From positions 224,001-288,000 of the forward strand of contig CAVUZH010000014.1 in assembly GCA_963745835.1 (NCBI GenBank): a stretch of DNA of 64,000 nucleotides. Direction: 5' to 3'. Numbering within the stretch: the stretch's first letter is position 1; every line of letters starts with the position of its first letter. The translations under genes were made by a program, and so were the position numbers. The notes beneath the pieces are model-generated. The model searched no databases. It was not told where the DNA came from and saw only the letters and a list, made by a program, of their open reading frames with translations. This document shows, in pieces, positions 58,955 through 64,000 of this stretch. This DNA is from an uncultured delta proteobacterium (GTDB lineage: Bacteria; Desulfobacterota; Binatia; UBA9968).

Positions 58955-60244
58955 ATGGTACAGACTAACGCGAAAAATGAGCTCACGCTAGATATCGACG
59001 CGCTTTCATATGGCCCGTATGGAATCGGGCGCCATCAGGGAAAGGCAGTGATGATTCCCAAGACAGCGCCCGGCGATACCGTCGCCGCGCGTATTGTCGA
59101 AGCGAAGGAGCGATATTCGGTCGGCGAAATAGTCCGGATACTAAGGCCATCATCCCTGCGTCAGGAACCGCCCTGTCCGTATGTAGCTCAGTGCGGCGGC
59201 TGTCCCTGGCAGCACGTGGGCTACGAGAGCCAGCTAGGCGCAAAGCAGAAGAGTGTTGAAGACGCGCTGCGGCGCATCGGCAAACTCGAGGGATTCGAAC
59301 TCAAACCGATCATTGCTTCCCCGCTTACCTATAACTACCGGCGACGTATTCGCTTGCAACGGGATGGATCCAAACGTCTGGGCTTCTTTACTTCGTTTTC
59401 GCACCACATGATCGAGATTGACAGGTGTTTGATCGCCGATGACAAGCTCAATGGTCTCATAGAACAGTTGCGGCGGTGGAGCGAGGAGTTGATCACCGAT
59501 ATCGAGCATCTGGAGGTTGTCACCGGCGATCAACCGAACGAAATCGTCATCGTAGGGCAATCAGCAGGCGCGTTTAACTCGCGCGACAGGTCGACCTGCG
59601 GACGCTTGCTGGAAGAAAACCAGTTGATCAATGGCTTGATTGTGCGCGGGCGTGACTGGCGCCAAAGATGGGGAGAAGTGGCGGTATCAGTAATTCCTGA
59701 AGACGGCCTGTGCGTGCGAGTCGATGGCGACGTATTTACCCAAGTCAACAGCCAAGGCAATCGACAACTTCTCAAGGAACTGTTGGCGGCGGCCGATTTC
59801 AATCGCGACGATCGCGTGCTCGAGCTATACAGCGGCGCTGGGAATTTTACCCAGTCCATCGCCACGCGAGTCGGCAACGTCGTCGCGGTGGAAGGCTATC
59901 GTCCTGGCTTGGAAAGCGGCAAGCACAGCGCGGAAGCAAAAGGGATGACCAATATTCACTGGATCTGCTCGCCGGTTCCCGCCGCACTGGGGCAACTGAA
60001 AAAGCAGCGCCAGCGCTTCTCAAAAATCGTTCTCGACCCGCCGCGCAGTGGCGCCAAAGATCTGGAAGGCGACCTGGCTGCGCTCGGCGCCGAAAAGATC
60101 CTCTACATCTCATGTAACCCGACTACGCTCGCGCGCGATCTCGCCGCCCTGACCAAACAGGGGTACTCACTGGTAACTGTCCAGCCTGTCGATCTATTTC
60201 CACACACATTCCACGTCGAGGCCATTGCAGCGCTGGTGCGATAA
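58955..60244 (+). CDS. rlmD: 23S rRNA m5U methyltransferase, TRAM domain
   Basis: TRAM; C..CGGC cluster; F.Q.N; DPPR.G; YISCNP.TLARD; D.FPHT.HVE. Confidence 0.9.
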   Translation: MVQTNAKNELTLDIDALSYGPYGIGRHQGKAVMIPKTAPGDTVAARIVEAKERYSVGEIVRILRPSSLRQEPPCPYVAQCGGCPWQHVGYESQLGAKQKSVEDALRRIGKLEGFELKPIIASPLTYNYRRRIRLQRDGSKRLGFFTSFSHHMIEIDRCLIADDKLNGLIEQLRRWSEELITDIEHLEVVTGDQPNEIVIVGQSAGAFNSRDRSTCGRLLEENQLINGLIVRGRDWRQRWGEVAVSVIPEDGLCVRVDGDVFTQVNSQGNRQLLKELLAAADFNRDDRVLELYSGAGNFTQSIATRVGNVVAVEGYRPGLESGKHSAEAKGMTNIHWICSPVPAALGQLKKQRQRFSKIVLDPPRSGAKDLEGDLAALGAEKILYISCNPTTLARDLAALTKQGYSLVTVQPVDLFPHTFHVEAIAALVR

Positions 60245-60390
60245 ATCCGCCTGAAGTCCACATTGACAATCCGGACCTGCTCCATCTATTGTCGGTACGC
60301 CGTAGGTTGCGCAAACACTTACAAAGCTCACTAATCGGATATTGAGACCTAGAAGAAGCTGCGTTCTAACTACGTGTTGAGAGAAGCACC

Positions 60391-61383
60391 ATGATCGACT
60401 GCAAAAGTCTCTGTCACCGAATCGCATCTTTGCTCATCTTTGCACTGATTTCGACTGCTGGTCATCTTCATGCGGCCGACAAGCTCGTCGGTCTTCACTC
60501 CGCTCAAGTCATGTCCCAGTCGATGCCGTGGATCGCGCAGGAAGCCGGGCTATTCAAGAAATACGATGTCGACTTCCAACTGATCTTCATTTCGTCATCC
60601 GGAGTTGCGACCGCCGCAACCCTAGGCGGTGATGCGGAGATCGCATTGACCGGCGGCATCGGCAATGTGCGCGCATACGTTCAAGGCGCCACCGATATCG
60701 TCTTTATCGGAGGCGTGAAAAACATCTTGACTCATAGTCTCCTCGGCAAAGCCGACATCAAACGACCGGAAGATCTCAAAGGTAAGAGGGTAGGCGTTGG
60801 CCGCATCGGCAGCAATACGCATTATTTCGTCGTCCAGGCGCTCAGGCGATTCGGCATGGACGCCAACAAGGATATTCAACCCATTCAAACCGGCGGCGGG
60901 CCGGAGACGCTGACGGCCCTGGTCAGCGGCGGCCTGGATGCGGCGGCGATGACGGCGCCTGCCGACGTTAGAGCGGTAGCGCAAGGCTATCGCTTCGTCA
61001 TCAATGGCCCCGAACTGCGCATTCCTTATGCGGCAACATCCTTCGTGACCCTGCGCTCCTTGCTCAACAAACGTGGCCCGGTGTTTGGACGATTCATGCG
61101 CGTGATGGCAGAGGCATCGAGAATCCTGCATACCGACAAACCGTTTGTTTACAAAGTGCTCGGCAAATATCTACGCGTTAGCGACACCAAGATTCTCGAT
61201 GCTTCTTATCAGTCAGAGATCGCGGCCCTAGAGCAGCGTCTGGAAATCCGCGAGTCAGCGCTGCAAGCAACCTTGGATGAAATAGCCCAGAGCGATCCGC
61301 GCGCCAAATCGGTTAAGCCGCAGGAACTGATCGACCGCAGATATTTGATCGAACTGGAGAAGAGTGGTGTATTTGGAAAATAA
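60391..61383 (+). CDS. SsuA/NMT1-type solute-binding protein
   Basis: signal; PWIAQEAGLFKKY, DLKGKR.GV.R.GS. Confidence 0.9.
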   Translation: MIDCKSLCHRIASLLIFALISTAGHLHAADKLVGLHSAQVMSQSMPWIAQEAGLFKKYDVDFQLIFISSSGVATAATLGGDAEIALTGGIGNVRAYVQGATDIVFIGGVKNILTHSLLGKADIKRPEDLKGKRVGVGRIGSNTHYFVVQALRRFGMDANKDIQPIQTGGGPETLTALVSGGLDAAAMTAPADVRAVAQGYRFVINGPELRIPYAATSFVTLRSLLNKRGPVFGRFMRVMAEASRILHTDKPFVYKVLGKYLRVSDTKILDASYQSEIAALEQRLEIRESALQATLDEIAQSDPRAKSVKPQELIDRRYLIELEKSGVFGK

Positions 61384-61427
61384 GCGGAGGCGATCAACCA
61401 ACGGCATAAGGCGAGAAAGAAATAGCA

Positions 61428-62423
61428 ATGCAAAACCAAGCCATCGACATTCATCATCACTATGTGCCGAAACAGCTGATCGAAGAAACCAAGCGTCACG
61501 GCAAAGCGCTCGGAGTCGACATCACTGAAGACAAGGGCAGCCACGCTCTTTCCTTTGCCGGCAGCAAACCACATAGATTGCAGCCGGCATTAATGGATGT
61601 CGAACGACGGATTGAAATCATGGACGAGGGCCAGGTTGAGCTTGCGACCCTGGAAGCCAATACAAACAGCCTTGGCTACCGGCTCACCGGCGAGCATGGG
61701 GAAACTTGGTGCAGACTTTACAACGACTGCATGCACGATTTAGTCACACAAGAACCCGACCGCTTTGCCGGCATGGCCACCGTTCCGCTCCAGGATGCGG
61801 CGCGGGCAGCCAAGGTGCTGGAGCATTCCATTATAGATATGAAATTCCGCGGCGCCTTTATCGGCACCAACGTCAATGGCCAATACTACAACACCAAAGG
61901 GTTCGATCCGTTTTGGGCTAAAGCACAGGAACTCGACGTGATGATTGTGATGCACCCGGAGCACATCGCCGGAGCCGAGCGAATGGGCGCTTTCGGGTTA
62001 AACGCCGTGTGCGGCAATCCAGCCGACTCGACGCTATCCCTTGGCTATATGTTGTACAGCGGCTTGTTCGATCGTTTTCCTGATTTAAAATTATGCGCTC
62101 TCCACGGCGGCGGCTTTTTGCCGTACCATCTCGGTCGCTTCGACAAAGAATTCGTGACCGGCCAAAATGTTCGGCCGGCGCAATCGGCCAAGCCGCCCAG
62201 CGCTTATTTAAAGAACCTCTATTTCGACACGCTGGTATACGACGTCGATACCCTGGAATACCTGAGATCCAAAGTCGGCAACGACCGTCTCATGGTCGGG
62301 ACCGACTATCCGTATACGCTCGGCGATTGGCTCGCGGTGGAGAAGGTGCAAGCCTTGAGTTGCTCCGAATCCGACAAAGACGCTATCTTGCAGGGCAACG
62401 CGCGGCGGCTACTGAAATTATAG
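61428..62423 (+). CDS. amidohydrolase_2 family (ACMSD-like decarboxylase/hydratase)
   Basis: IDIHHH, MHP, HGGG.LPY..GR, GTDYPY. Confidence 0.9.
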   Translation: MQNQAIDIHHHYVPKQLIEETKRHGKALGVDITEDKGSHALSFAGSKPHRLQPALMDVERRIEIMDEGQVELATLEANTNSLGYRLTGEHGETWCRLYNDCMHDLVTQEPDRFAGMATVPLQDAARAAKVLEHSIIDMKFRGAFIGTNVNGQYYNTKGFDPFWAKAQELDVMIVMHPEHIAGAERMGAFGLNAVCGNPADSTLSLGYMLYSGLFDRFPDLKLCALHGGGFLPYHLGRFDKEFVTGQNVRPAQSAKPPSAYLKNLYFDTLVYDVDTLEYLRSKVGNDRLMVGTDYPYTLGDWLAVEKVQALSCSESDKDAILQGNARRLLKL

Positions 62424-62429
62424 AAAATA

Positions 62430-62543
62430 CGTTCCAGCCGTTCCAATCGTTCCAGACGTTCCAACGTCGAATACCTGAATCCCTTCCTTGGTCCTTCCGT
62501 CTTAACGATTGGAACCATGGAACCGCTGGAACGATTGGAACGG
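62430..62543. repeat. inverted arrays of a 9-bp unit
   Basis: (CGTTCCAnn)x4 at 62430-62466, spacer, then about 4-5 reverse-complement units (TGGAACG..) at 62502-62543. Confidence 0.8.
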
Positions 62544-62549
62544 TCTTTC

Positions 62550-63545
62550 TTATCTGTATCGTTTTCCCATCTCTTCGAAGAATCCTTCCTTCTCGAGCTC
62601 CTGAAGAAATGTTAAATCAACAAAGTGCTCCGGTTTGGCGGTTTTCGCCTGGGGCACGTGCGGCGCCGACATGTCGATAAGATTCTGAATACCTTTCATC
62701 GTTGGATACGGCTTCTTCGGCGTTCTTTTCAGATAATGCTCATAGGAATAGTCGAGCACCTCCTGATCGCTGGTACGCATGTAGCGCGCGAGGGTTCTTA
62801 ACGTCGGTTCTTTGTTGGCAAAGACAAAGTAGATCCCCTCGACATAGGCCTTGAGCGCCGACTTGACGACTTCTCGATTGGCTTTGATGTAGCTGCGCGA
62901 GGTCGCCAACCCGCTACCCTGAACTTCAAATCCGATGTCGGCCATCTGGATGATTTCGACAAATCCCGCTTTCAAAGCTTGCGGCACTTCCGATGGGTTG
63001 AAGAAAGTCGCGTCGATACGTGCAGTGCTCATGGCGGCGAGACGCTCGGGGCCGGTGCCGGTGGGCACGAACACCACATCTTTGCTGGGTTCGAGATTGA
63101 ATTTTTTGAAAAGAATCAGCGCCGCGTTATGCGTGGCCGATCCGAAGCCGCTAATGCCGAATCTTTTGCCCTTGAGTTGTTCCATCCGCGTCATCGTTCC
63201 GGGGCGAGCGAAAACGCTTTGATCATAGGAGTTCTCCACCGAGCCTACGAGGACGATATCGTGGCCCTGCAAATTGGCGATGATGACGTTGCCGATCGTA
63301 ACCAGGGGTGGATCGCCGCCGGTGAGGGCCTGAATCGCTATCTGTCCGCCACGTAGAAATATCAGCTCGACATCGAGTCCATGCCTGCGAAAGATCCCTT
63401 CGTCTTTGGCCACCCAGAGCTGCGCCTGTCGCGAGCTGATCGAAGGATAACCGATGCGGATCTTAGGGATCGATTGAGCCTGAACGCCGGTCCAGAGAAT
63501 CAATTGAAGGAGCGCGCCAATCAAGATGATGAGCTTTAATTTCAT
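62550..63545 (-). CDS. SsuA/NMT1-type solute-binding protein
   Basis: signal; LWVAKDEGIFRRHGLDVE; LKGKRFGIS.FGS. Confidence 0.9.
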   Translation of the reverse strand: MKLKLIILIGALLQLILWTGVQAQSIPKIRIGYPSISSRQAQLWVAKDEGIFRRHGLDVELIFLRGGQIAIQALTGGDPPLVTIGNVIIANLQGHDIVLVGSVENSYDQSVFARPGTMTRMEQLKGKRFGISGFGSATHNAALILFKKFNLEPSKDVVFVPTGTGPERLAAMSTARIDATFFNPSEVPQALKAGFVEIIQMADIGFEVQGSGLATSRSYIKANREVVKSALKAYVEGIYFVFANKEPTLRTLARYMRTSDQEVLDYSYEHYLKRTPKKPYPTMKGIQNLIDMSAPHVPQAKTAKPEHFVDLTFLQELEKEGFFEEMGKRYR

Positions 63546-63652
63546 GACTGTGTGCCATGTCCTTACGACAGCCTGGCATTCGCGTCAAGCGCGATGCATC
63601 GTATGTTGACAGGTCTGTTTACCGTGTGTTTACTTGCGGGGGAGGTTGCACC

Positions 63653-64000
63653 ATGGGAATAAAGCAGACAGTTTTATTGGCCGCTACTCTGTTCATCACC
63701 ATCGCCTCGCCGGTTTCGGCGCAGTTCAAAAAGGTTCGATTCTCCGTCAGCGCGGCCTCTATCGCCGAGGTGCCGTTTAGGATCGCTCATGTAAAAGGCT
63801 TCTATCGTGACGAAGGGCTCGATGTCGAAGTAATTATGATTCGCGGCGCGGTCGGCATGCAGGCGCTGCTCGGCGGCTCAGTCGATTATACATCTTCTTC
63901 GGGTTCGACCATTGCCGCCGCTGTGCGCGGAATTCCTGTCAAGCTCGTCTTCATTGCATCCGCCAAACCTCAATTCGATCTCGTGGTACAACCGCAGATT
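63653..64000 (+). CDS. SsuA/NMT1-type solute-binding protein, partial (runs off the window)
   Basis: GGAGG RBS; MGIKQTVLLAATLFITIASPVSAQ..KGFYRDEGLDVE..QALLGGSVD. Confidence 0.85.
   Translation, partial: MGIKQTVLLAATLFITIASPVSAQFKKVRFSVSAASIAEVPFRIAHVKGFYRDEGLDVEVIMIRGAVGMQALLGGSVDYTSSSGSTIAAAVRGIPVKLVFIASAKPQFDLVVQPQI

Noticed and set aside
62430-62543. CRISPR array
   Set aside because: 9-bp tandem units without unique spacers, and no cas genes in the window.

Overview
Bacterial chromosomal window with no rRNA, tRNA or CRISPR array. The gene content (many orphan SsuA/NMT1-type and TctC solute-binding proteins, several amidohydrolase_2 enzymes, paired MFS transporters) resembles uncultured Deltaproteobacteria-like soil lineages such as Ca. 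Binatia (inference). Three complete IS elements could be delimited: an IS1202-family element with a 15-bp target duplication, an IS256 with an 8-bp duplication, and an IS110. The IS110 bridge RNA can be read directly. Its target and donor guide segments match the actual insertion flanks and element ends, and circularisation would create TTGACA-N17-TATATT. Candidate undescribed systems: (1) a sigma54-driven five-gene, kinase-less signalling operon (membrane scaffold, coiled coil, DUF4388 adaptor, output-less HAMP receptor, solute-binding protein fused to LysM); (2) three clustered FAM173/aKMT-like SAM methyltransferases with export signals; (3) an amidase/LeuCD-like/lyase catabolic operon; (4) an F420-reductase-NfeD fusion. 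Several decayed genes and dispersed repeat families are also present. All family calls come from motif recognition, not database searches.
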